A DNA stretch of 56,938 nucleotides, counting the filler, from Catajapyx aquilonaris (lineage: Eukaryota): NCBI GenBank assembly GCA_000934665.2. It is 3 parts of 3 records of this genome, joined end to end, with 100 filler letters (N's around TTAATTAATTAA, not from the genome) between each part and the next. Parts side by side here need not be neighbours in the genome. Positions count along the whole stretch, not along the records: positions 1 to 18,889 come from JYFJ02006577.1; positions 18,990 to 37,914 come from JYFJ02006578.1; 1 more part is not named here. The stretch is one strand, 5' to 3'. A model generated the notes under the pieces. That model had not been told where the DNA came from and did not search any database. It was given only the letters and a program-made list of their open reading frames with translations. Of this stretch, positions 12,601 through 24,900 are shown one piece after another; positions within the stretch are counted from its first letter, which is position 1; the number at the start of each line of letters is the position of its first letter. The translations under genes and the position numbers were made by a program.

Positions 12601-15600
12601 TTTTGTAACGCTCGAGTTTGCCTGCATGCCCCCCCTCTGTACGGACCCGATTTTAAAGACGTATTCATGTCAAAACATGAGGAACTCACTCCTGAGGGAA
12701 GGGGCAAGTCTGATCTCAAGGCTTTCGATCTTCTGCTTAAGCTTCCTGCTTTCTTGCTGTTGCTGCTCCAAGACACTCACTTCCCCTTGGATGCTCGAGG
12801 CCTCCTTCTGGCTACTGCTCTTGGCTTCAAACTTATCCTTCAAGTCATTCACTTCTACATTCTTCTCCCTCACCAAGGCTTCACTCGTTTTCAAGCTCTG
12901 CCTGGAAATCAATGGGCAAAGTGACATGTCTATGAAATACCATGAGGATTAGCAACAATAGCAACACAATTCATAGGCAGCCCTTAACCCTCAGATGGTG
13001 ACGTGCGAAATGTTTGCTCTCCGGTGACGTGGGCACTTTTTGTGACCAAGCCATATTTTTTGTTATATCTGGCGAAATATAGCACATTCGGGCTTCACTT
13101 TTGAGACAATCATAGTGTGATTCCTTCTACGACAAATACCGTTTAGTTTACATTTTTTGAGAAAATAGTGCGATCAGAAAAAAATCGGAAAGAAAATCAG
13201 TCGGGGCCAACTCCCAGGGGTAGGGGGATTCCACCCCTTGGCGGCCTGGGATGCCACCGGAGCCGCCAGACCGGATCTTGGTTAGGCCCCATCTACGCAT
13301 TGCCGCCTAATTTATTTTTTCCTGGTCGTGCTATTTGCTCAAAAAATTTAAACTAAACGTAATTCATCACAGAAATAGTCAAACGAAAATGTTCTCAAAG
13401 ATGAATCTCGAATGTCCTAAATTTGCCAAGTTATAGCAAAAAAAGGGTCGTTGGTCACAAAAAGTGCCCACGTCACCGTCCGAGGGTTAATCTACAAGTA
13501 TGCTTCCACTCAAAGAACCAACGTCTAATTACAGATAGTTTCAGAGTGAACCTTGGGTCGACACAAGGTTTTTCAAAGTATTAAAATCTCTCTTTTGCTG
13601 ACCTCATTTGCTGAAGTTCTTGCATTTCCAATTTGGCCATCTTCTCTGCCTCAGGTCGCATTTGCAGCAGCTTATTGTACCGCTTTTGCTGTTCTTCCAG
13701 TCTCTTTTCACATTCCTGCAGTTTCTCAGGAACATCCCTTAATTTGCTTGACAACTGGAAGAAAACACAGGGCCAATTATCCTCTGTAACTAATTTTTTG
13801 GTGCAACAGGCTAACAGACAGTAAAATCACAAGATCCACGTACCTCAGCAACGAGGTCCTCAGCATCGTCCTTGACATCAAAGTTCCTGTGACAAAGAGG
13901 GCAGCCTGGACAGGACTCCTTCAGCTTTTCTATGTACTTTTGATAAAAAAATCTTGATGAGTTTAATATTCCTTTCTGGTCCTGGGAGCTTTCCATCTTC
14001 TTCGACAGTGATTCCAGCTCCTCCTCCAAACTCTCACTTCGGTCACTCCCACACACTTCATACATATTTTCTTTCCAAGCTGCAAATTATCACCATAATC
14101 AGTGGGGAATCTAACACAACAAGTACAGTATACGAGGGTCCTTCGGAAATGATCCGCACTCGAATTTTTTTGGCCACTACATGTACTAGCAGAGGCTGAA
14201 TCACACTTGGGCTGCCTCAATGTATTCTCCACCGAGGTCGATGCACCGCTGCTACCTTCCTGGCAACTTCATGGTCATCTCTCGGAACCATTCTTTTGGT
14301 GCCCTCACCACCCAGTCATGGACAGCTCCTTGGAGCTCAGCTGCATAGGCAAATCTTCGTCCACGGAGGGGTTCCTTCATCACGTCGAAAAGTCCATAAT
14401 TAGAAGGTGCCAGGTCAGGAATTAGGGTGGGTGTGACAACACAGTGTAACCGAGCTCGAGCTTCCAGTAACTCTCGGCACCTCTGGACTCGCACCTCTTT
14501 CTGCTGCGGGGTGAGATCACGCGTAACCCAATGCGCGCACACTTTTTTTAAAGCAAGATCATCATGAATGATGACATGCAGGGTGGCCCGACCTAGGCCA
14601 GTGTCAAGTTCCAGTTCATCGAACGTGATTCGACGATTTCCCATAATCAAGTCGTTAACCTTCCCCACCATGACAGCTGTCCGAGAAGTCGACGGTCTGC
14701 CTGCACTAACCCCTTTTTCCACTGTGGCATGGGCTGCCTTGAACTCCTGGATCCAGTTGTAAATTGTTCTGTGGCCTGGAGCCAGCACTTATCCACACAT
14801 AGCCACAAGACGGCGGTGAATGTCCTCTGCTGTCGCACCTTCTTTCCACAAGAACCAGGCTGTCCACCGTTGGCCGTGATATAGTCACCTTCCATCTTGT
14901 CCACGCCAGTCTACACCCTCCCGCGTTTCAAGTGGGACTGTCGCTGACCTGATGCGGTGAACATGACAAACTTTTTACAGAGTGTAGGGTACTACACCCC
15001 TGTTGCTCCCCCCTGTTGAGGCAAATGCCAACTTCGTGCAGTCACGTATGCCGCGACAATAAATCGAGTGCGGATCTTTTCTGAACGACCCTCGTACTTA
15101 AGCTTTGGTCACCAAAGTGGGTATAACAGCAATGATTTCACATTTGTATTGGATAAAATTTAGTAGACACTTGCCCTTGTGAATTCATGTTCAAGTACGA
15201 GTACACTACCACACTTGAAGGTGGATAAGTGGACGTTATTGTACACAAATTTTTAGCCAAAAGGCACGTAAGATTACTTTTGTTACACCGTGGTATATAT
15301 GTCAAAACTACGCAAAAGCAACACATATTAAAGTAACAATCAAAGACTATGCCTCTCAGTTCATCATCTTTTTTCTTCAATTGTTCCCTCTGCATTTTGA
15401 ACTCAATTTCTGTAGTGGAATGCGACTTCTGCTTCTGTACAAGGTCCTTCTGCAGAGTGGATATCTCCTTGTTCTAAGCAAGGGGGGGAAAGATGGTGTA
15501 TTGACTGATCCCAGTTTTGTTCTTTCCCTTCCTTACCAATTTCTCCATACACATTTGGACTTCCAGCTTCAGGTTCCTCTCGGGAATTGTTGTAAACAGC

Positions 15601-18600
15601 TTCTGAAGCACTTCCTCGTTCTTATTCAGACTAGAAACATGAAAGTTGGAAGGGATGGAATGATCATGTGTTAGACAAAATACTGGAACAAAACCTAAAT
15701 CAAAAGATGGATTCCATTGTTTCATTTCAGAAATCAAAAAAAAATCAAGCAGTACTAACATCCTCCTAGCAGCTTCCTCCTTTGCATTGCACTCTTGGAG
15801 AAGCGTATCAATCTGAGTCTGCAGATGAGCATTCTCCTGCAGGGAATTGACCTCCTTCTTGAGAGCCTGCTCCTTGACCTCCAGCGTAGCTTTTTTCGCC
15901 TGGTCGGCAACAACCTCAGCCTTGACCTTGTTAACGTCCATCTCCTTCTGAACCTGTCTCAGCTGATTCACCAGCTCCTCCTTCTGCACTTCCAGATGCT
16001 CCACCTGGCTCCCCATCCCTTCAGCCTCACTAAGCCTCTCCCTAACCTTTCTCACTTCTTCAACAAGAGTTTGGATGGTGGACTCCTTTGAGGAGAGATC
16101 TTGTTCCACCTTAGCCTTCTTGCACCTGGCCTCAATCACGTCTTCCTCCAGGCGCTTCATCTCCTGGTCGAAATCAGTCTTTTCTCCAGCAAGATTCATT
16201 TCTGCTGACTCAATACGAGCTTCCAGCACTGCAGAGGCCCTCCGTACATGGTCATCCTCCAATACGCCACTTGAGGGGAGGCCAGCTGGAAAGACGAAGA
16301 GATTTAGTATACCGTACCTATCATCGAATTCAGAAGTATTCCTAATGTGGCATAATTGCTGTGCCTTGTTTCCTATGTTTCAATGCCTCTGCACATGAAT
16401 TAGAGTTAGAGTAGGTGTGAGAAATTATTGGAGTTTGGATGATAATATTGGGAGAGGCTGGTGGGAGAGCAGCGTTCCTCCCTCACCATCGTCCAGCTTA
16501 AGACTCCTCAGCAACTGGTCCCTTTCTCCCAGGTGCTTCTGATGCTGCTCAGATTCATTCCTCAGCTTCCCCATGTCAACTGACATACGAGTTATTTTCA
16601 TTGACAGTGACTGCTGGTCAGCCTCTCCCTTGGAAATCTGATCATCCAGCTAGAGATAGAGAAATCTCACGTTAGTCACAAGTGTGCTAAATGTCAAGAA
16701 TATGAAGAATTTCAGAACGCACATTTGGAGCAACATCGTTTCCAGCATTTCCAAATGTGCCTCTCTTACCTTCTTAATATCCTTCTCCTTCTCTCTGATC
16801 TCCTCATCAAAATTCCGAAGGCTCCTGGTAAGTGCGGCCTCATCAGTTGGCGTGTCCTCCTTCAGTCTTTTCTGCAGTACTTCCACCTCCTCATCAAGGT
16901 GTTCAAGCATTCCCTGCTTCCTTTCTGCAAACACAAAATACGCTACTGTAACATGTCGTTAAGCATCCGGTTCTATGTTGTTTTAAAAACTAGTACTCAA
17001 GATGATGCTGCGGAACCTAACCAAAAAAACAACAAAAACAAAAACAATACTGTATTCATCTTCTCAGCTGGGATTTCCTTCATCCACACCAACATACACT
17101 GATTAATTAGAACTTTAAAACACTAGCCCATTTCCCGCTGCAGGCCAACAAGATTTTGTTCCAGTCCCATGAGTTCTTCCAGCTTAGTAGTCAATGGCAT
17201 CATCTTGCTTTCCAGAATCTCTGAATCCTTCACTGTAGAATCCAAGCGACTTCTCTTGACCTTCAGTTCTTCGTTTGTGCGATGAAATATTTGCTTTCGC
17301 TCCGCATACAGCTTCAAACCAACCTCTCTTTTGCCAATATCTGCAATGTTGTTTCCATACTGTAGATATCATTTTCATTTTAAGAATTCAACATCAAATA
17401 TTTACAACTCAAATAACATTCCGCGTCAAATTTTCACCTCTAAGAAATCTGATTGTAAAAAACCGTGCCAAAGTAGCTCAGATATTATTAGCCACAATGT
17501 CCACTAAAAAGCAACAAAATCAATCCTGCAACATTCATTTTACAACCAACCAGCAATATTTATCCTCAAGCCAGAATAAATAAATAAGCTACTAAAAAAT
17601 TTCCAAAATATAACCAAAACTATGCACTGTATTTAGTTTAATGTGTAAATGCATCTATGCTGCCCAATGGAAAACATATACGCTTTCCTTGGGAAGCATT
17701 GGTATTCGGAATATGTTGGCATTCCAACCTAACAGTTCGTAAATAAGAGCTCACCAGTATTCATTTCCTTAAACAGCTTGTGAAGATTATCCATGCACTT
17801 GATGTACTTTGTGGCACTGAAAATGGCATCAAATCGTTCCTTCACTTTCTTGCCCTCATCCAAAGGCCTGAGAAATGAAAAAGACATTTTCAAAATAGTA
17901 GCAGCACACAGATGTCAACAGACATTGGAATTCCTTTCTGCAAAACATAAACCAAGTGTCTTACCAGTTGGATTCCTCCTGATGGCAGAATATGACGCTG
18001 TCCAGAATGGCTCTTGAAACCCCCAGTGAGTTTGACATCTCCACATTGACTTCCAAGCACTTGCTGCTTATGTCCGATACCTGTATCAAAGACAAATACG
18101 ATCACCTGAAATCATGAACAGGAGCAAAAAGCAAGTTATACTGCTGCCATTTACCTCCCTCCCTGATCCTCATAACAATAATTAAAGTATTGCACATCAA
18201 TATTATTATGATTTCTCTGACAGTAGGAAACAACCACTACCAACATTTCGACTCATGCAGTCCATTATCACACAATTTTTAGTACTACTCACAGTAGTCC
18301 TCATTCCTAACTATGACCAGATTTGATGTGTCACTCAATTATAAGGTGTATACATATAAAGTGTATTACATTATAATATGTGGATCATTACACAAGCACA
18401 AAAAAAAAACACTGCCGTAGCAAACCAATTCTGGATGCAGATTGTTTACGTAATATGACCTCACCACTCCAGTGTCCATGTTGCTCCTCCTGAGTGTGGA
18501 GTCTAGGGTTCGCATGTTGCTATTAGTTCCTTTGTATGTGGCCACGACGGAACGAGTGATAATCACCTTGTCGCGGCCATTACAATCATTGAAGCTGAGT

Positions 18601-18617
18601 TTCACCTGGGCCTTCAC
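7775..18617 (-). CDS. RAD50: DNA repair protein RAD50, 5'-incomplete. Exons: 18617-18465, 18080-17965, 17867-17755, 17340-17128, 16924-16770, 16649-16487, 16285-15760, 15630-15537, 15473-15353, 14079-13844, 13754-13603, 12901-12690, 12077-11707, 11634-11254, 8790-8665, 8531-8342, 8265-7905, 7808-7775
   Basis: Q-loop region [16 protein letters not shown], long coiled coils, zinc hook CPLC (~13890-13905), signature MRGRCSAGQ, Walker B/D-loop [11 protein letters not shown] and H-loop IITHD. The frame is open across all exons if two GC donors are used. AATAAA (minus) lies at ~7587-7592. The Walker A exon is not in this contig. Confidence 0.95.
9584..9660. repeat. (TAA)n microsatellite
   Basis: About 25 perfect TAA units. 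Confidence 0.98.
9868..10592. repeat. Long imperfect inverted repeat (foldback element remnant) inside the Sola1-like element
   Basis: Arms ~9868-10130 and ~10335-10592 are reverse complements, e.g. GTGAGATGAGGAACATTTT...CTAGATTGTAAAATAAAAAT vs ATTTTTATTTTACAATCTAG...AAAATGTTCCTCATCTCAC. Confidence 0.8.
12213..12676. mobile_element. Unclassified MITE with an internal 28-bp minisatellite
   Basis: TIRs TTTTGACGTGAATACGTCTTTAAAATCGG / CCGATTTTAAAGACGTATTCATGTCAAAA. About 4 copies of GTCTGGACACATGCATGGTAATCCTAAA at 12290-12395. Confidence 0.65.
12988..13486. mobile_element. piggyBac-type MITE
   Basis: TTAA-CCCTC...GAGGG-TTAA, with subterminal inverted repeats GGTGACGTGGGCACTTTTTGTGACCAA / TTGGTCACAAAAAGTGCCCACGTCACC. 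Confidence 0.88.
14133..15094 (-). mobile_element. mariner element with internally deleted transposase (ORF 14252-14788)
   Basis: TA-CGAGGGTC...GACCCTCG-TA TIRs. The ORF has the HTH region GRP, WVTRDL (WVPHEL motif) and PDLAPSNY (YSPDLAPSD motif), and the catalytic DD region between them is missing. Confidence 0.92.
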
Positions 18618-18783
18618 CTGAAAAATATGACAAGAGTTTGCCTCTGGTCAAGTACAAAATAACTTCTATTGTGCTCCTAAACTTTGATTCGTTTGAATGA
18701 CACTGTATTTAAAAACATGGATGTGTTACACATCTGCATACTGCTCAGGACAAACTATTCAATTGCTCTCAAACACATCTGAA

Positions 18784-18889
18784 ACAATAATAACAACAAC
18801 AACAACAACAACAACATCACGACATTTCCCTATGAGGGGTAGTCAGCGATGAAGGGAGATGCAAGCTAACCCAACATATGAACTAATAA
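18784..18889 (-). mobile_element. 3' end of a LINE with a (GTT)n tail
   Basis: Reverse complement of the 3' UTR and tail at 46420-46533 (GACATTTCCCTATGAGG...TCAGCGATGAAGGGAG...GCAAGCTAACCCAACATATGAACTAATAA). Confidence 0.75.
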
Positions 18890-18989
18890 NNNNNNNNNNN
18901 NNNNNNNNNNNNNNNNNNNNNNNNNNNNNNNNNTTAATTAATTAANNNNNNNNNNNNNNNNNNNNNNNNNNNNNNNNNNNNNNNNNNNN
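18890..18989. other. Artificial contig spacer (44N-TTAATTAATTAA-44N)
   Basis: An identical 100-bp structure occurs at 37915-38014. The 12-mer gives stops in all six frames. Confidence 0.97.
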
Positions 18990-21900
18990 GGGGGTATGGG
19001 AGGGGGAAGTGGAGGGAGTGGTGGAGTTGGGGGTGGGAATGGAGGGGGTGGAAGTGCAGCAGGAGGAGGTACTTCCTCAGTGGTGTCTTCTTCAGGCAGT
19101 GGTGGGAAGAAAGAAAAAGGAAGTATGCCAGGAAGCTCAGCCACTTATGGTTTTGGAAGTGGTAGTAGCAGTGGATGTAGCCTTGTTCCAGATCCATCAT
19201 TGGTAGTGNTCCATCATTGGTAGTGGTGCTCAGAGCAGATGAGAAGGTAGGCCTACCTGTAGACTTTGCACTAAAGCCTCTCTTTGAACCAGAATGAAAA
19301 CAGATTACTTGAAGTCATGCCAAGTGTTTCAGCAAGTAACCTAAGTTCTTGCAGTCTTTGGTTAAATAGGAAGATGCTGCGATGCTTGCATCTTTTAATA
19401 TGGAGGTATTCAACCATATGTCAGCACTGGAAACAAAAGTCACTGCAACAAGTTGCTGTTAAGAGCACTTCTGCTTAACATTTGGACATTTGTCTTGGGA
19501 AAATTACGCAATCAAATCAAGATGTTCCCTTGGACACATCTTATTGTGTTGCCTTTCTTGTATGCAGCCTTCTTGTTTCTTCAAACTTTATTGAAAAAGA
19601 AAATAGGAAGTGGCAATTTACGGCTCAATCAAAACCTGAATCTTGGTTCAGTACAGTAGAACTCCAATTACACTGGTCAAAAAAACAAAAACAAAAACAA
19701 ACAAAAAACTGCTGCATGACATTTTCCAGCTGATTTTAAGTATTTTTTCAACGCTGATTTCAAATCAGAAATCGGTTTTCCTCTCCAAGCTCTAGTTTTC
19801 ATGCAATTTGAAACTTGTGATTTTCGCAATAAAGGACACCCGTTGCTATTTACATTAGGGTTAGCTTGAGAATTAGGCTTAACTATCATCTATCATCTAT
19901 CATAACCTTACCCCTTTCATGTCCAATGTGTTAAATGTACCAAACCAACCTCGCTATATAGAGCTTCGCGCCATCTTCCCAAAAGGGCCACTTTTGCCTT
20001 TACGCGGGCATAGGTACACCATAGGCAAAGGAACGAACCACAGTTCTAAATCTGGAGCTTACAGAGAAAAACTAACATCAGATTTGGATTCAGCACCCTC
20101 TAATTAGGTAAGAACAAGTGCTGGCATCAATGCCACAAAAAATTTGTTGGCCAGTGTTATCAGACTCCTTGATTTATCCGACCGTCTCGCTCCAGCAATA
20201 AATCTATGTTCTCTCATCAAATACTGTACTGCAGGCCTACTCAGCATTAGTTTTGTATTGCCTTAGTTAAATTTATTGTAAACACAGTACAGCAAAGTAT
20301 GTAAGACAAATACTTCACTATTTCTTAGAAAAACATTACCTTGTACATTATTTCATGTTTTTATGTTTTTGTTGCGTTTTATTAAAGTTTTTTAACTATT
20401 CGGATTATCCGACCTTTTCGGTTATCCGACGATGCCCTAGTCCTGTGGGTGACGGATAATCAGGGTTCTACTGTATGTTGTTTTGTGGTACAGTAATACA
20501 TTCTTAAGATTATAAAGTAAATTTTCATGGGATAGAAAAATCTCATTGGGCCATTGCATTTCAAAAAGGAAAGATGTCTTGTGATTTTGCAGACACAACA
20601 TGACAGTGTGCATTATTTGTTGAAAGACAGCTCCCACCCACAAACCTTATCCAAATGCCTTCCGCTCTGTACAATTCAACAGAATAACTTATGGGGGTAA
20701 GTGACTCTGCATGTCTATTTATGGTTCATATGAAAATTCCTGAGGTACCCTGTCAAGCAGGGTTGTGAACCGAACCGAACCCTTGCTCCGTGAACCCGAT
20801 AACATCGAACCCGCTCTGGAGCAGTAGAGTCGGAGTCCGGAGCGAGCGTCGGAACGGGGTACGGGTTCAAGGCGGTTCCGGGGGAGAGTGGAGCCAAGGT
20901 CGGAGCGGGTCCGGAGCGAGCACCAGAACGGGGTTCAGGTTCAAGCCGATTCAGGGGAAGAGTGGAGCGAAGGTCGGAGCGGGTTCGGAGCGAGCGGCTC
21001 CAGAGTTGAACCTGGTTCAGGAGCGGGTTCCGGAGCGGGTTCGGAGCGGTTCAAAGCTTGGTTAGGTAAAACATACCAACCCAACAGGGGGAAAGGCAGT
21101 AAAACCGCTGGATTTACTCCTGAGTATGCATCATGTTTTCATGGTGGGAGAATGCCATTTCCAAGCACCCGCGATACAGGGTGTACCGCAAATGTCACAT
21201 TTTCATGTCATACGCATTTTTGTATGTTACAATATGTCATCTGCATTTTTGTATACCACAATATTTCATACCCATTTTTTGGATGTCACATTCTCATGTC
21301 ATACGCATTTTTTGTATGTTACAATAATATGATATTGTAACATACAAAAATGCGTATGGCATGAAAATGTCACATACAACTAATGCGTCATGACCATTAG
21401 CTCTTGGTATGACATGAGAATGTGACATCCAAAAAATGGGTATGAAATATTGTGGCATACAAAAATGTGGATGACATATTGTAACGTACAAAAATGCGCA
21501 TGACATATTGTAACATACCAAAATGCGTATGACATGAAAATGTGACATTTGCGGTACACCCTGTATCGCGGGTGCTTGGAAATGGCATTCTCCCACCATG
21601 AAAACATGATGCATACTCTGGAGTAAATCCAGTGGATTTACTGCCTTTCCCCCTGTTGGGTTGGTATGTTTTACCTAACCAAGCTTTGAACCGCTCCGAA
21701 CCCGCTCCTGAACCGGGTTCAACTCCGGAGCCGTTCGCTCCGAACCCTCTCCGACCTTCGCTCCACTCTTCCCCTGAACCGGCTTGAACCTGAACCCCGT
21801 TCCGGCGCTCGCTCCGGACCTGCTCCGACCTTGGCTCCACTCTCCCCCGGAACCGCCTTGAACCCGTACCCCTTTCTGACGCTCGCTCTACTGCTCTGGA

Positions 21901-24900
21901 GCGGGTTCGATGTCATCGGGTTCACGGAGCAAGGGTTCGGTTCGGTTCACAACCCTGCTGTCAAGTGCAGGGTATGTGACAATAACTGAATGTCTTATCA
22001 TCTGAAGACATCATGTTGGCTTGTTCGCAGTGTATGCCACTAGGATAAGCAAGTGGGAACTGCTGCTAAACAAACTAAGTACCGGTACCACATGTTACTC
22101 AGTGTCCAGAACATTCTATCTGAAGTGATCTTGTTTAGTAATGAGGAAACAAGTCATTTTGGGAAAATGTGTACTTATGATAGGACTTTGGCAATTACTC
22201 ACTTTCCTTTTATGTGACTATTTGCCACTTTGTAATTGCAGGATGCTGTGGATATTTTCACATCTAATGCCCAATTTATAAAGAGTTACGTTTAAACCAC
22301 GGAAAAATTTCTCAAATTAATTTTCACTCTTATCACAGAAATAAACCATTGTTGGAGTTAAGGGGCCAATTGTACCAACTGTAGGGGTGATCATAGGAGG
22401 GGTTTCCCTTCTACTAACCTGTGCTACTGGTTGGGGCTGTAGGAGGATCTCAGGTAGGAGCGCGCTAAGAGTGGTTCGTGCAGTCAACCATAAATGTTCA
22501 GGGGCCTTTATCAGGAAATTGTGCCTGTCCAAAAAGGGAAATTGATTTTTTTGGTTAGGATATGGAAAATTTTAGTGAAGAATTAAGAAATTTGCTTAAT
22601 TGAGATGGTAGTGTAATGGAAAACGTGGTTTAAACCCCTGTTCAAGAAATTGGGCATAATCATTACAAAATTGTTGGGAGTACACTACATTTCTCCAGTA
22701 TGAGAAAATTTAATGACAACATTGTTCAATAAGTGGCATGAATTCTCTGATGTAAGGGGGGTGACAACACACTTTTCCAGTTAAAAAAAATGTGGAATAG
22801 TGTAGTATTGACAAGGATATCTGTTACACAACAAATTTATTTCCACTCCAGGTCACATCATTTCCATGGCAGTCAGCATTATCTCTTTCATCACAGTCTA
22901 AATGCCAGCAGGGAGACCAGATCCTGACCGACTTCTGGGAGCCATATGATCGTGACCAGGTCCTGGCTCAGGGATTTGGGGTTACCCTAACACAAGACTC
23001 ACCCATCAGGGACTTGTGCTTTCTCTGTGGGAGTGCAGCAGAAGCAGGAGAAGATATGATTTATTGTTCAGTTTGTTGCGAACCATTCCATCAGTTTTGT
23101 GTGGAGGATGGAGGTCTGCCCCCCCCTTCCACATCCACCCCACAGGAAAGAGAAGAGACAGAAGTTAATGAAATTAAGGTGGACTGGGTGTGTCAGAGGT
23201 GCACAGTTTGTACCGCTTGTGGGAAGCACTCTTGGGATCAGTTGAAGTGCCTAAAATGCCACCAATCCTACCACTTTGAATGCTTTGGAGTTACTGGAAT
23301 GGGACGACGGTTCAGGAAGGACAAGAGCTGGGTTAGTTGTCTTTTTTAAATTATGGATGGAAGTGACCATAGTGTTCTCAGTGTTTTTAGTGTATATCTG
23401 CTGGAGTCATCCAAAAGTAGGTTCACTCACTAAGTCTGAATCAGCCAAATTTAGGTCAAGTGAGGGTGGAGTGGCACAATGAAAAGTAGTTGAAGTCAGA
23501 TCAGGCTGGAGAGAAAATTGCATGTATGGATGTTCCTTGTGCGTTTGTAGTGTAACCTTATTTATTAATTCATACATGACAAATGGGGAAATGTCCTCTC
23601 TCACAATTTATTCTCTCAGTTCACATCCTGATGCAGCATGTGAAAGGGTCTTTACACAGCATGCTCCATTAGCAAAGCATGTGCAGCAACTCCTCATTGT
23701 GGCAGGGTCCAGTAATTGAAGGGTGATGTGCAACAAGGTTTAAAGTTCCATCTGCCTCGTTTTTAATTTTTCTGGTGTTTTGAGTTCAGCGCGACATTCT
23801 GTGCAGAATGGTACTCGTTTCACTTGTTAGGTGGAAGCGTTACTTTGGGACTGCTTTAGGGTCGTTCTGTAATAAGGTTATATGTGCCGATGGAACAAAT
23901 AAAGCTCTCTCCTGAAAAGTTGCTATTTTGGTACTTGAGACGTTGTAGGAGATCACCCTTCAATTCAGGAGGTATTCTCTTCTTACTGGGCATTTAATGG
24001 CAATGAAACTAAACCTAAAATGAAAAATATCCCAGTTTAGTTAATTTTTGTGTAGGAAATTCTGAGTGTTTGGAGGAAGACTACCATGCCTCAATTAGAT
24101 CAAGGTCAGCAGAGTATTTTGTGGGACTTTTTTATGGTGGGCAAAAAATACCAGCAAAATTTGTTAGCCTAATTATTTCAACTTTCTGTTATGAATCATT
24201 TCGTTTGTAATGACAGAAAAGTGAAAAATTCACATACATCATGTCACTTAAGGATCAGCATGCAAGTTGCACTGCCATAATTATTTTCACTTTCTTGAGA
24301 GCATTTACCAAACTTCATTTATTAGAGCTTTGAATGAAATTGATGATTATGCATTTGTGGTCATACAATGTAATCCCCTTGGGTAGAAATGTTGTATTGC
24401 AATGTGATACAAAACAAGAATGGCAATCACGTGAGCGTGATTAGAATATACTTTTTCTCATTCTTTCAAGTGAACGTGTGAAGATAGAGTGAACCCAGAA
24501 AACCGGAAGTGGGGGGTCACCGGAAGTTGACCATGACACCTATTTAGGTCACGCTTAATTCGAATATGAAAACCGTTTGTCGCTATCTTTTGCAGTTGAG
24601 GCTCTGATACCTGTCCACAGTCAGAGAGACAGAGCCGTTCTAGAAGACTTTTTTTTGATGATGAGAAAAAGTCTGTCAAAGTCAAAATTTATCATTCAGT
24701 CATTCATTCTGTCATGGGATTTCCTTATGCAGGGTACCCAGCAATGATGAAGGAACTGCTAGGAATAACTTGCAGCACTCCTCGTCATCTCACCAGGCCA
24801 TATCCTCCTGAGACCTGAGAAGAATTGAGTAACGCAATGTCAGTTCCTATTGCATTTTCTGAACATTTTCCCAATGAGAAACAAGAAAAAAATTATAGTT

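Noticed and set aside
18890..18989. TTAATTAATTAA palindrome, and the apparent head-to-head arrangement of RAD50 and trx
   Set aside because: The identical 44N-12mer-44N structure occurs twice and is an assembly spacer. Order and orientation across it are unsupported.
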